Origin: Macrostomum hystrix
Taxonomy: Eukaryota > Animalia > Platyhelminthes
Direction: 5' to 3'
DNA: 64,000 nucleotides
NCBI GenBank assembly: GCA_950097015.1
Contig: CATNEN010000003.1
Location: 1,488,001 to 1,552,000, forward strand
The position numbers and the translations under genes were made by a program. Of the stretch, positions 15,001 through 27,600 are shown in pieces (positions within the stretch are counted from its first letter, which is position 1; each line of letters starts with the position of its first letter). Under the pieces are notes generated by a model. It searched no databases and had not been told where the DNA came from. It saw nothing but the letters and a program-made list of their open reading frames with translations.

Positions 15001-18000
15001 TCAGGGACTCAAATGATAGGAGAGAACCTTCAGGGACTCAGATGGTAGGAGAGAATATTCAGGGACTCAGATGGTAGGAGAGAATATTCAGGGACTCAGA
15101 TGGTAGGAGAGAATATCCAGGGACTCAGATGGCAGGAGAGAATCTTCAGGGACTCAGATGGTAGGAGAATATTCAGGGACTCAGATGGTAGGAGAATCTT
15201 CCAGGACTCAGATGGTAGGAGAGAATATTCAGGGACTCAGATGGTAGGAGAGAATATTCAGGGACTCAGATGGTAGGAGAGAATATCCAGGGACTCAGAT
15301 AGTAGGAGAGAATCTTCAGGGACTCAGATGGTAGGAGAGAACCTTCAGGGACTCAGATGGTAGGAGAGAATATTCAGGGACTCAGATGGTAGGAGAGAAT
15401 ATTCAGGGACTCAGATGGTAGGAGAGAATATCCAGGGACTCAGATGGCAGGAGAGAATCTTCAGGGACTCAGATGGTAGGAGAATCTTCCGGGACTCAGA
15501 TGGTAGGAGAGAATATTCAGGGACTCAGATGGTAGGAGAGAATATTCAGGGACTCAGATGGTAGGAGAGAATATTCAGGGACTCAGATGGTAGGAGAATA
15601 TTCAGGGACTCAGATGGTAGGAGAATCTTCCGGGACTCAGATGGTAGGAGAGAACCTTCAGGGACTCAGATGGTAGGAGAGAATATTCAGGGACTCAGAT
15701 GGTAGGAGAGAATATTCAGGGACTCAGATGGTAGGAGAGAATATCCAGGGACTCAGATGGCAGGAGAGAATCTTCAGGGACTCAGATGGTAGGAGAATCT
15801 TCCGGGACTCAGATGGTAGGAGAGAATATTCAGGGACTAAGATGGTAGGAGAGAATATTCAGGGACTCAGATGGTAGGAGAGAACCTTCAGGGACTCAGA
15901 TGGTAGGAGAGAATCTTCAGGGACTCAAATGATAGGAGAGAACCTTCAGGGACTCAGATGGTAGGAGAGAATATTCAGGGACTCAGATGGTAGGAGAGAA
16001 TATTCAGGGACTCAGATGGTAGGAGAGAATATCCAGGGACTCAGATGGCAGGAGAGAATCTTCAGGGACTCAGATGGTAGGAGAATCTTCCGGGACTCAG
16101 ATGGTAGGAGAGAATATTCAGGGACTCAGATGGTAGGAGAGAATATTCAGGGACTCAGATGGTAGGAGAGAATATCCAGGGACTCAAATGATAGGAGAGA
16201 ACCTTCAGGGACTCAGATGGTAGGAGAGAATCTTCCGGGACTCAGATGGTAGGAGAGAATATTCAGGGACTCAGATGGTAGGAGAGAATATTCAGGGACT
16301 CAGATGGTAGGAGATAATATTCAGGGACTCAGATGGTAGGAGAGAACCTTCAGGGACTCAGATGGTAGGAGAGAATATTCAGGGACTCAGATGGTAGGAG
16401 AGAATATTCAGGGACTCAGATGGTAGGAGAGAATATTCAGGGACTCAGATGGTAGGAGAATCTTCCGGGACTCAGATGGTAGGAGAATCTTCCGGGACTC
16501 TGATGTTAGGAGAGAATATTCAGGGACATAGATGGTAGGAGAGAATATTCAGGGACTCAGATGCTAGGAGAGAACCTTCAGGGACTCAAATGATAGGAGA
16601 GAACCTTCAGGGACTCAGATGGTAGGAGAGAATATTCAGGGACTCAGATGGTAGGAGAGAATCTTCAGGGACTCAAATGATAGGAGAGAACCTTCAGGGA
16701 CTCAGATGGTAGGAGAGAATCTTCAGGGACTCAAATGATAGGAGAGAACCTTCAGGGACTCAGATGGTAGGAGAGAATATTCAGGGACTCAGATGGTAGG
16801 AGAGAATATTCAGGGACTCAGATGGTAGGAGAGAATATCCAGGGACTCAGATGGCAGGAGAGAATCTTCAGGGACTCAGATGGTAGGAGAATCTTCCGGG
16901 ACTCAGATGGTAGGAGAGAATATTCAGGGACTCAGATGGTAGGAGAGAATATTCAGGGACTCAGATGGTAGGAGAGAACCTTCAGGGACTCAGATGGTAG
17001 GAGAATCTTCCGGGACTCAGATAGTAGGAGAGAACCTTCAGGGACTCAGATGGTAGGAGAGAATATTCAGGGACTCAGATGGTAGGAGAATCTTCCGGGA
17101 CTCAGATGGTAGGAGAATCTTCCGGGACTCAGATGGTAGGAGAGAATATTCAGGGACATAGATGGTAGGAGAGAATATTCAGGGACTCAGATGGTAGGAG
17201 AGAATATTCAGGGACTCAGATGGTAGGAGAGAATATCCAGGGACTCAGATGGCAGGAGAGAATCTTCAGGGACTCAGATGGTAGGAGAATCTTCCGGGAC
17301 TCAGATGGTAGGAGAGAATATTCAGGGACTCAGATGGTAGGAGAGAACCTTCAGGGACTCAGATGGTAGGAGAGAATCTTCAGGGACTCAAATGATAGGA
17401 GAGAACCTTCAGGGACTTAGATGGTAGGAGAGAATATTCAGGGACTCAGATGGTAGGAGAGAATATTCAGGGACTCAGATGGTAGGAGAGAATATCCAGG
17501 GACTCAGATGGCAGGAGAGAATCTTCAGGGACTCAGATGGTAGGAGAGAATATTCAGGGACTCAGATGGTAGGAGAATCTTCCGGGACTCAGATGGTAGG
17601 AGAGAATATTCAGGGACTCAGATGGTAGGAGAGAATATTCAGGGACTCAGATGGTAGGAGAGAATATCCAGGGACTCAGATAGTAGGAGAGAATCTTCAG
17701 GGACTCAGATGGTAGGAGAGAACCTTCAGGGACTCAGATGGTAGGAGAGAATATTCAGGGACTCAGATGGTAGGAGAGAATATTCAGGGACTCAGATGGT
17801 AGGAGAGAATATCCAGGGACTCAGATGGCAGGAGAGAATCTTCAGGGACTCAGATGGTAGGAGAATCTTCCGGGACTCAGATGGTAGGAGAGAATATTCA
17901 GGGACTCAGATGGTAGGAGAGAATATTCAGGGACTCAGATGGTAGGAGAGAATATTCAGGGACTCAGATGGTAGGAGAATATTCAGGGACTCAGATGGTA

Positions 18001-21000
18001 GGAGAATCTTCCGGGACTCAGATGGTAGGAGAGAACCTTCAGGGACTCAGATGGTAGGAGAGAATATTCAGGGACTCAGATGGTAGGAGAGAATATTCAG
18101 GGACTCAGATGGTAGGAGAGAATATCCAGGGACTCAGATGGCAGGAGAGAATCTTCAGGGACTCAGATGGTAGGAGAATCTTCCGGGACTCAGATGGTAG
18201 GAGAGAATATTCAGGGACTAAGATGGTAGGAGAGAATATTCAGGGACTCAGATGGTAGGAGAGAACCTTCAGGGACTCAGATGGTAGGAGAGAATCTTCA
18301 GGGACTCAAATGATAGGAGAGAACCTTCAGGGACTCAGATGGTAGGAGAGAATATTCAGGGACTCAGATGGTAGGAGAGAATATTCAGGGACTCAGATGG
18401 TAGGAGAGAATATCCAGGGACTCAGATGGCAGGAGAGAATCTTCAGGGACTCAGATGGTAGGAGAATCTTCCGGGACTCAGATGGTAGGAGAGAATATTC
18501 AGGGACTCAGATGGTAGGAGAGAATATTCAGGGACTCAGATGGTAGGAGAGAATATCCAGGGACTCAGATGGCAGGAGAGAATCTTCAGGGACTCATATG
18601 GTAGGAGAATCTTCCGGGACTCAGATGGTAGGAGAGAATATTCAGGGACTCAGATGGTAGGAGAGAATATTCAGGGACTCAGATGGTAGGAGATAATATT
18701 CAGGGACTCAGATGGTAGGAGAGAACCTTCAGGGACTCAGATGGTAGGAGAGAATATTCAGGGACTCAGATGGTAGGAGAGAATATTCAGGGACTCAGAT
18801 GGTAGGAGAGAACCTTCAGGGACTCAGATGGTAGGAGAATCTTCCGGGACTCAGATGGTAGGAGAATCTTCCGGGACTCAGATGGTAGGAGAGAATATTC
18901 AGGGACATAGATGGTAGGAGAGAATATTCAGGGACTCAGATGCTAGGAGAGAACCTTCAGGGACTCAAATGATAGGAGAGAACCTTCAGGGACTCAGATG
19001 GTAGGAGAGAATATTCAGGGACTCAGATGGTAGGAGAGAATCTTCAGGGACTCAAATGATAGGAGAGAACCTTCAGGGACTCAGATGGTAGGAGAGAATC
19101 TTCAGGGACTCAAATGATAGGAGAGAACCTTCAGGGACTCAGATGGTAGGAGAGAATATTCAGGGACTCAGATGGTAGGAGAGAATATTCAGGGACTCAG
19201 ATGGTAGGAGAGAATATCCAGGGACTCAGTTGGCAGGAGAGAATCTTCAGGGACTCAGATGGTAGGAGAATCTTCCGGGACTCAGATGGTAGGAGAGAAT
19301 ATTCAGGGACTCAGATGGTAGGAGAGAACCTTCAGGGACTCAGATGGTAGGAGAGAATCTTCAGGGACTCAAATGATAGGAGAGAACCTTCAGGGACTCA
19401 GATGGTAGGAGAGAATATTCAGGGACTCAGATGGTAGGAGAGAATATTCAGGGACTCAGATGGTAGGAGAGAATATCCAGGGACTCAGATGGCAGGAGAG
19501 AATCTTCAGGGACTCAGATGGTAGGAGAATCTTCCGGGACTCAGATGGTAGGAGAGAATATTCAGGGACTCAGATGGTAGGAGAGAATATTCAGGGACTC
19601 AGATGGCAGGAGAGAATCTTCAGGGACTCAGATGGTAGGAGAATCTTCCGGGACTCAGATGGTAGGAGAGAATATTCAGGGACTCAGATGGTAGGAGAGA
19701 ATATTCAGGGACTCAGATGGTAGGAGAGAATATTCAGGGACTCAGATGGTAGGAGAGAATATTCAGGGACTCAGATGGTAGGAGAGAACCTTCAGGGACT
19801 CAGATGGTAGGAGAGAATATTCAGGGACTCAGATGGTAGGAGAGAATATTCAGGGACTCAGATGGTAGGAGAGAACCTTCAGGGACTCAGATGGTAGGAG
19901 AGAATATTCAGGGACTCAGATGGTAGGAGAATCTTCCGGGACTCAGATGGTAGGAGAGAATATTCAGGGACTCAGATGGTAGGAGAATCTTCCGGGACTC
20001 AGATGGTAGGAGAATCTTCCGGGACTCAGATGGTAGGAGAGAATATTCAGGGACTCAGATGGTAGGAGAGAATATTCAGGGACTCAGATGGTAGGAGAGA
20101 ACCTTCAGGGACTCAGATGGTAGGAGAGAATATTCAGGGACTCAGATGGTAGGAGAGAACCTTCAGGGACTCAGATGGTAGGAGAGAACCTTCAGGGACT
20201 CAGATGGTAGGAGAGAATATTCAGGGACTCAGATGGTAGGAGAATCTTCCGGGACTCAGATGGTAGGAGAGAATATTCAGGGACTCAGATGGTAGGAGAA
20301 TCTTCCGGGACTCAGATGGTAGGAGAATCTTCCGGGACTCAGATGGTAGGAGAGAATATTCAGGGACTCAGATGGTAGGAGAGAATATTCAGGGACTCAG
20401 ATGGTAGGAGAGAATATCCAGGGACTCAGATGGCAGGAGAGAATCTTCAGGGACTCAGATGGTAGGAGAGAATATTCAGGGACTCAGATGGTAGGAGAGA
20501 ACCTTCAGGGACTCAGATGGTAGGAGAGAATCTTCAGGGACTCAAATGATAGGAGAGAACCTTCAGGGACTTAGATGGTAGGAGAGAATATTCAGGGACT
20601 CAGATGGTAGGAGAGAATATTCAGGGACTCAGATGGTAGGAGAGAATATCCAGGGACTCAGATGGCAGGAGAGAATCTTCAGGGACTCAGATGGTAGGAG
20701 AGAATATTCAGGGACTCAGATGGTAGGAGAGAATATTCAGGGACTCAGATGGTAGGAGAGAACCTTCAGGGACTCAGATGGTAGGAGAGAATCTTCAGGG
20801 ACTCAAATGATAGGAGAGAACCTTCAGGGACTCAGATGGTAGGAGAGAATATTCAGGGACTCAGATGGTAGGAGAGAATATTCAGGGACTCAGATGGTAG
20901 GAGAGAATATCCAGGGACTCAGATGGCAGGAGAGAATCTTCAGGGACTCAGATGGTAGGAGAATCTTCCGGGACTCAGATGGTAGGAGAGAATATTCAGG

Positions 21001-21290
21001 GACTCAGATGGTAGGAGAATCTTCCGGGACTCAGATGGTAGGAGAATCTTCCGGGACTCAGATGGTAGGAGAATCTTCAGGGACTCAGATGGTAGGAGAA
21101 TCTTCAGGGACTCAGATGGTAGGAGAATCTTCCGGGACTCAGATGGAAGGAGAGAATATTCAGGGACTCAGATGGCAGGAGAGAATCTTCAGGGACTCAG
21201 ATGGTAGAAGAATCTTCCGGGACTCAGATGGAAGGAGAGAATATTCAGGGACTCAGATGGTAGGAGAAAATCTTCAGGGACTCAGATGGA
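1..21290. repeat. Large satellite array, 29-bp unit GGGACTCAGATGGTAGGAGAGAATATTCA with a 27-bp variant (~740 units; open at window start)
   Basis: Continuous tandem units visible. Variants AATATT/AACCTT/AATCTT/AATATC and 27-bp GGAGAATCTTCCGG. Abrupt end at ...CAGATGGA|ACCCCC. Confidence 0.99.
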
Positions 21291-22212
21291 ACCCCCAAAT
21301 GAAAAATAAATTAATAGTTAAAGAAAGTGGTCAAAGCTGGTCATTTTTCACTGCAGCACGAAACACAGAGCGAATTGTGAAAACGAAGCATCGCAGAAAA
21401 AGTTCAGGTTCATTTTTATATTTTTAAATGCAATTTTATTAGTTTTTTTGTATATTTTCTTAAACAAGAGATTGAAATGTTTTTTCGCCAAGAAGTTGGT
21501 AAAAAAAGTGAGCGACAGTTTATAGAGCGAATGCGGTCGACCTGCGCTAAAAACTAATCAAAGCTGCTTTTATAATATGTGCTAACTCCTATTCACATTT
21601 TGAAACTAAATTAACAATTGGAATTGAAACAAAAAAAACAAAAATTAGGAAAAGAAAATGCGCCTATGTACAGAGAGGTGTTTAGCAGATATATCGATTC
21701 GCGCTACTTACAGTAGGCGAGTAAGACTGTTAAAGATTTTTTCTATTTTTAAATAATATTAAATGACGAGCAAATTTGGATGCAGTGAAACAAACGAAAT
21801 GAAATTATTAACACCGGAAAAAATGAGCCAATAAGAATATATTATATATATTATATTAAGCACAATGATGGCACACTCAGTGAAAGAGGACAATAGTAAT
21901 AATAGTAATGAAAGCAAACGACTGCGACAAAAAAACTCGCGCGTGCCACAACAGTTTGGCGAGGAGAAAAACTTAGGGGTAACACGGGTGTTTTTACAGT
22001 TTTTAACCTTTTTCACTTTAATTGAGTCGGTTATGATGAGAATAGCGCAAATGAATAGAAAATATGACAATATAAAACAAAATGAGGATGGTGGATGGTA
22101 AGACAAACACGGAAAAAAGCTATATGAATAGATAATAAAAAAAAACACACAAGACCTGCTTGATGCAAATTTGATAGTTTGTCAATGACCCAAAAACTAT
22201 TATAACCAGAAT

Positions 22213-23198
22213 GGGCTAGAAGGCTCATAGCCTATGGGTGTGATTTCACTGGGGTTGACTGGGCTAGGCGGCTCATAGTCTATGGGTGTGATTACACTGG
22301 GGTTGACTGGGCTAGAAGGCTCATAGTCTATGGGTGTGATTACACTGGGGTTGACTGGGCTAGGAGGCTCATAGTCTATGGGTGTGATTACACTGGGGTT
22401 GACTGGGCTAGGAGGCTCATAGTCTATGGGTGTGATTACACTGGGGTTGACTGGGCTAGAAGGCTCATAGTCTATGGGTGTGATTACACTGGGGTTGACT
22501 GGGCTAGGAGGCTGATAGTCTATGGGTGTGATTACACTGGGGTTGACTGGGCTAGGAGGCTCATAGTCTATGGGTGTGATTACACTGGGGTTGACTGGGC
22601 TAGGAGGCTCATAGTCTATGGGTGTGATTACACTGGGGTTGACTGGGCTAGGAGGCTGATAGTCTATGGGTGTGATTACACTGGGGTTGACTGGGCTAGG
22701 AGGCTGATAGTCTATGGGTGTGATTACACTGGGGTTGACTGGGCTAGGAGGCTCATAGTCTATGGGTGTGATTACACTGGGGTTGACTGGGCTAGGAGGC
22801 TGATAGTCTATGGGTGTGATTACACTGGGGTTGACTGGGCTAGGAGGCTGATAGTCTATGGGTGTGATTACACTGGGGTTGACTGGGCTAGGAGGCTCAT
22901 AGTCTATGGGTGTGATTACACTGGGGTTGACTGGGCTAGAAGGCTCATAGTCTATGGGTGTGATTACACTGGGGTTGACTGGGCTAGGAGGCTCATAGTC
23001 TATGGGTGTGATTACACTGGGGTTGACTGGGCTAGAAGGCTCATAGTCTATGGGTGTGATTACACTGGGGTTGACTGGGCTAGGAGGCTCATAGTCTATG
23101 GGTGTGAGTACACTGGGGTTGACTGGGCTAGGCGGCTGATAGTCTATGGGTGTGATTACACTGGGGTTGACTGGGCTAGGAGGCTGATAGTCTATGGG
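22213..23198. repeat. 48-bp minisatellite, ~20 near-identical copies
   Basis: Unit GGGCTAGGAGGCTCATAGTCTATGGGTGTGATTACACTGGGGTTGACT, period 48 (22261 to 22309), no unique spacers. Confidence 0.97.
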
Positions 23199-23799
23199 CG
23201 TATGTGCACTTCGGTTGAACTGTAAGCTGATCAGACGACGAGGTTAATAAAAAAAGACTTAACTGACCAAAGAAACAAACTAAAAAAACATTTGAATTAA
23301 TTAAAAAAGTGATAGCTAAAGCAGAAAATAATTGCAAAAGAAGACCTGACTACCAAAATCAATTAAAAACCGGACTGACTATTTAACACTGCTCAGAAAA
23401 AAGCGGTTCTAGTAAGAAAAAGTGTCACATGAATTAATGTCCAAAGATAGGAAACAAAGAAGCAATTGATTCTATTAAGACACTGGCCCTAGCTACAGAA
23501 ACTGTGAGGAAATTATCGGACAAAAAGTCGAATGTTTCTGTAAAAATATGACTGTTAATCGTACAGCAGGTACAGGACTAATCTAGTAGAAAACTGTGAC
23601 AGTGGATCAACTAAAAAGTACATCAGCCTGGAGCGTTTAATCCAAGAGACACAGAGACAATGACAAAGGAACTGCCGAGTATGCAACAATTTCTAGATTC
23701 GATATAAATAAGTATTAATGCTTTTTTTACAATGCCTACTAGAAGTAAACCTATTTTTAAGACCTTTAAAATGGATTTACTGAAAAAAACTGGTTCCTG

Positions 23800-24283
23800 A
23801 ACTTTTTGATGAATTCACAAAATATTTTTATAGATTCACAGACTTGAAGGGCCGATTCACCAAAATAAAAAATATATTCCTAAACTTCGAGAATTTACTC
23901 ACCAACTTGAAGAATCGGTTCACCAATTTTACTAATCGATTTATTAACTTTAAGGACCGATTTACCAGATTTAAAATTCGATTTACTAACTAAAGAGCCA
24001 GTTCACCAACTTTTAGAATCGATTTACTAACTTAGAGAATCGATTCACAAACCTTAAGAATAGATTCATAAACTTTTAGAATGGATTCACCAACTTTTAG
24101 AATGGATTCACCAACTTTTAGAATGGATTCACCAACTTTTAGAATGGATTCACCAACTTTTAGAATGGATTCACCAACTTTTAGAATGGATTCACCAACT
24201 TTTAAAATGGATTCACCAACTTTTAGAATGGATTCACCAACTTTTAGAATCGATTCACCAACTTTTATAACGGATTCACCAAC
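23800..24283. repeat. 21-bp minisatellite immediately 3' of the eEF2K stop codon
   Basis: TTCACCAACTTTTAGAATGGA near-perfect at ~24075-24260, degenerate toward 23800. Confidence 0.93.
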
Positions 24284-24291
24284 AATCAGAA

Positions 24292-24699
24292 TCAGTTGTC
24301 ATCATCCGGCACCATAGCCGCGGCTTCCTCAGCCAAAGCGTAGTACTTGGCCGCCAGTTTCCCATTGCCCTGCGCCATGGCGTCTTCGGCGGCTTCGCCG
24401 TACAAATCGACGCTGGCAGACGGATCGGCGTCGAGTCCGTGACCTCCGGTTAAATATAGCTCGGCTAGGCGAGCTCGCAGGGCGTAACTAGGCGTATCCA
24501 GGCAGTCGTAGCCGCCCTCGCGATCGGCCTGGCCGCACATGGCCAGGGCCTGCTGGTAATAGTGAGCAGCCCTGTCCCAGTTAGGCTGCGATTGGCCAGC
24601 GTGGCCCAGATCGTTGGCTCGGGCCAGCTGCAGCATGGCGGGACGGTCGCCCAGACGAGCGGCCGATTCGAGATAGGCTAAGCCAGAGGCCGGGTCCGG
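24292..24699 (-). CDS. EEF2K: eEF2K coding exon 7 (C-terminal SEL1-like repeats, stop)
   Basis: CACTATAG|CCG; GLAYLESAARLGDRPAML...LAELYLTGGHGL...GKLAAKYY; TGA at 24294-24292. Confidence 0.94.
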   Translation of the reverse strand, partial: PDPASGLAYLESAARLGDRPAMLQLARANDLGHAGQSQPNWDRAAHYYQQALAMCGQADREGGYDCLDTPSYALRARLAELYLTGGHGLDADPSASVDLYGEAAEDAMAQGNGKLAAKYYALAEEAAAMVPDDDN

Positions 24700-27600
24700 C
24701 TATAGTGTGATATTTGTTAGCGGGGATAAACATTTTTAGGTTGTGAAAGTACAATGAAATTTCTAGATTGCTTCTTTATGGACCAGAGTGGTACTAAATG
24801 AACAAAGAGGTCATGAAAAAACCAGGGGGTTATAATAAGAGCTCAGACATAACCCGGGGATGTCCTGAACAACCAGAGAGGTCAGAAATGAACCAGAGGT
24901 TATAAAGGATCCGAAAAGGTGAAAAAGAATCTGGAGAGGTCATAAAGGATCCGGAACGGTCATAGAGGATCCGAAGAGGTCATAAAGGATTCTTAGAAGT
25001 CATAAAGGACCCGGAGAGGCTATAAAGGACCCGGAGAGGTCATAAGGGACCCGGAGAGGCCATAAAGGACCCGGAGAGGTCATAAAGTACCCGGAGAGGT
25101 CATAAAGGATCCGAAAAGGTCAAAAGAATCTGGAGAGGTCATAAAGGATCCGGAACGGTCATAGAGGATCCGAAGAGGTCATAAAGGAACAAGAGAGGTC
25201 ATAAATAATCTGGGGTGGTCATAAAGGAACCGAAGAGGTCATAAAGGATCCAGAGAGGTCATTAAGTATCCGGAGAGGTCATAAAGGATCTGGGCTGGTC
25301 ATAAAGAATCCAGGGAGGTCATAAAGGATCTGAGCTGGTCATAAATGATCTGGGCTGGTCATAAAGGATCCAGAGAGGTCATAAAGAATCAGGAGAGGGC
25401 ATAAAGGATCTGGGCTGGTCATAAAGAATCTGGAGAGGTCATAAAGGATCTGGGCTGGTCATAAAGAATCTGGAGAGGGCATAAAGGATCTGGGCTGGTC
25501 ATAAAGAATCAGGAAAGGTCATAACGGATCTGGGCTGGTCATAAAGAATCAGGAGAGGTCATAAAGAATCAGGAGAGGTCATAAAGAATCAGGAGAGGTC
25601 ATAAAGAATCAGGAGAGGTCATAAAGAATCAGGAGAGGTCATAAAGAATCAGGAGAGGTCATAAAGAATCAGGAGAGGTCATAAAGAATCAGGAGAGGTC
25701 ATAAAGAATCAGGAGAGGTCATAAAGAATCAGGAGAGGTCATAAAGAATCAGGAGAGGTCATAAAGAATCCTAAAGGTCACAAACAATCCAAGGGCTCAC
25801 CTGCAGTACATCAAGCGGCATCTCCTGCAGACAATCGGACGGCATGCGCAGATGCAGTCTGGCCAAGTTTGCGGCAGCCTCCACAACGCCAAGCTCGGCG
25901 GACAGTTTCTCGTGATAAAGTGCGGCAGACCAATCCACAACGCCCTGGTCGCTAATGAATCGCCCAGATTCGTGCAGCCTGGCCAGCTCGTGATGCACTC
26001 GGCCCAGGATTGGCCCGTGTACGCGAACCTCCGGCAGGCCGGGCAGGCAGCAGGCGTTGCCAGGGACACTGTCGCTAGCGTCGCCGCTATCCGACCTGGA
26101 ACGGCCGCGTGACAACTGCTGGGGTCGGCGACCGCCGGCCAGGACGCCCTGAACGCAGGACGGACGCTGCCGATTATTGAAAGCTAGGGTCAGGGCGAGC
26201 AGCTCCTCCTCCTGAAGAATTCGCGAAAAAGGAAAATAAATCTTGAGATCAAATTGAAATTCGAGCTTTAATGATCTTGGGAGAGGGAAGATTGGAGAGA
26301 GGAGAGGGAAGATAGGAGAGGGGAGAGGGAAGTTAGGAGAGGAAGAGGGAAGATAGAAGAGGGAGAGGGAAAATAGGAGAGAGGAGAGGAAAGATAGGAG
26401 AGAGGAGAGGGAAGATAGGAGAGAGGAGAAGGAAGATAGGAGAGGGAGAGGGAAGATAGAAGAGGGGAGAGGGAAGATAGGAGAAATGAGAGGGAAGATA
26501 GGAGAGGGAGAGGGAAGATAGGAGAGGGAGAGGGAAGATAGGAGAGGGAGAGGGAAGATAGGAGAGGGAGAGGGAAGATAGAAGAGGGGAGAGGGAAGAT
26601 AGGAGAAATGAGAGGGAAGATAGGAGAGGGAGAGGGAAGATAGGAGAGGGAGAGGGAAGATAGGAGAGGGAGAGGGAAGATAGGAGAGAGGAGAGGGAAG
26701 ATAGGAGAGGAAGAGGGAAGATAGGAGAGGGAGAGGGAAGATAGGAGAGAGGAGAGGGAAGATAGGAGAGAGGAGAAGGAAGATAGGAGAGGGAGAGGGA
26801 AGATAGAAGAGGGGAGAGGGAAGATAGGAGAAATGAGAGGGAAGATAGGAGAGGGAGAGGGAAGATAGGAGAGGGGAGAGGGAAGGTAGGAGAGGGAGAG
26901 GGAAGATAGGAGAGGGGACGCGAATGTATTTAAGACTCACGGGAGTCAGCTCCCCGGAGGTGTTCCTTCGTCGGCGCAGCGGAGTCCAGGCCTGCTGCTG
27001 ATCCTCGTCGGTGCTGCAGCCGGAGTCGAAGACGCTGGTGGAAATCGGGGAAGCCAACGGCGGTGGACTGCCGATGGTGAAGATGTCGGAGCGGACGCAG
27101 GTGTCAGCCGTGGTCTGTGGAGAGTGTCCGATATGATGCCGCGGATTAGCGAACCGAATTTAGGAGAATAATTCAAAACCTCACTCTTCAGTATCCTAAA
27201 ATCTCACTCTTCAGTATCTCAAAATCTCACTCTTTAGTATCTCAAAATCTCACTCTTTAGTATCTCAAAATCTCCCTCTACAGAATCTCAAAATCTCATT
27301 CTTCAGTGTCTCAAAATCTCACTTTTCAGTATCTCAAAATCTCACTCTACAGAATCTCAAAATCTCCCTCTACAGAATCTCAAAATCTCACTCTTTAGTA
27401 TCTCAAAATCTCACTCTACAGAATCTTAAAATCTCACTCTACAGCATCTAGAAATGGCACTAGATATCTTAAATAACTTAAAATCCCTCGCTTCAGTACC
27501 TCAACAACTAACTCTTCAGTATTTCAAAGTCTGATTATTTCAGCATCTCAAAATCCCACTTTAAAGAACATGAAAATTTAACTTGCTTTGGTCACAGAAT

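Noticed and set aside
4855-21427. ORFs MVGENIQGLRW... in the 29-bp array
   Set aside because: Chance open frames through satellite variants; no coding or splice context.
22213-23198. CRISPR-like appearance of the 48-bp palindromic repeat (and other arrays)
   Set aside because: Units are head-to-tail with no unique spacers, there are no cas genes, and the context is eukaryotic and intron-containing.
25771-27057. 428-aa ORF as a single exon with a Leu/Ser/Pro-rich insert
   Set aside because: The middle is intron 5 (GTGAGT at 26940, TTCTTCAG ending 26212), a pyrimidine repeat that happens to lack stops.
27115-27180. Possible non-canonical (non-AG or U12-like) acceptors after TCCTAAATT here and near 29235
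   Set aside because: Canonical in-frame CAG acceptors exist at 27115 and 29210.
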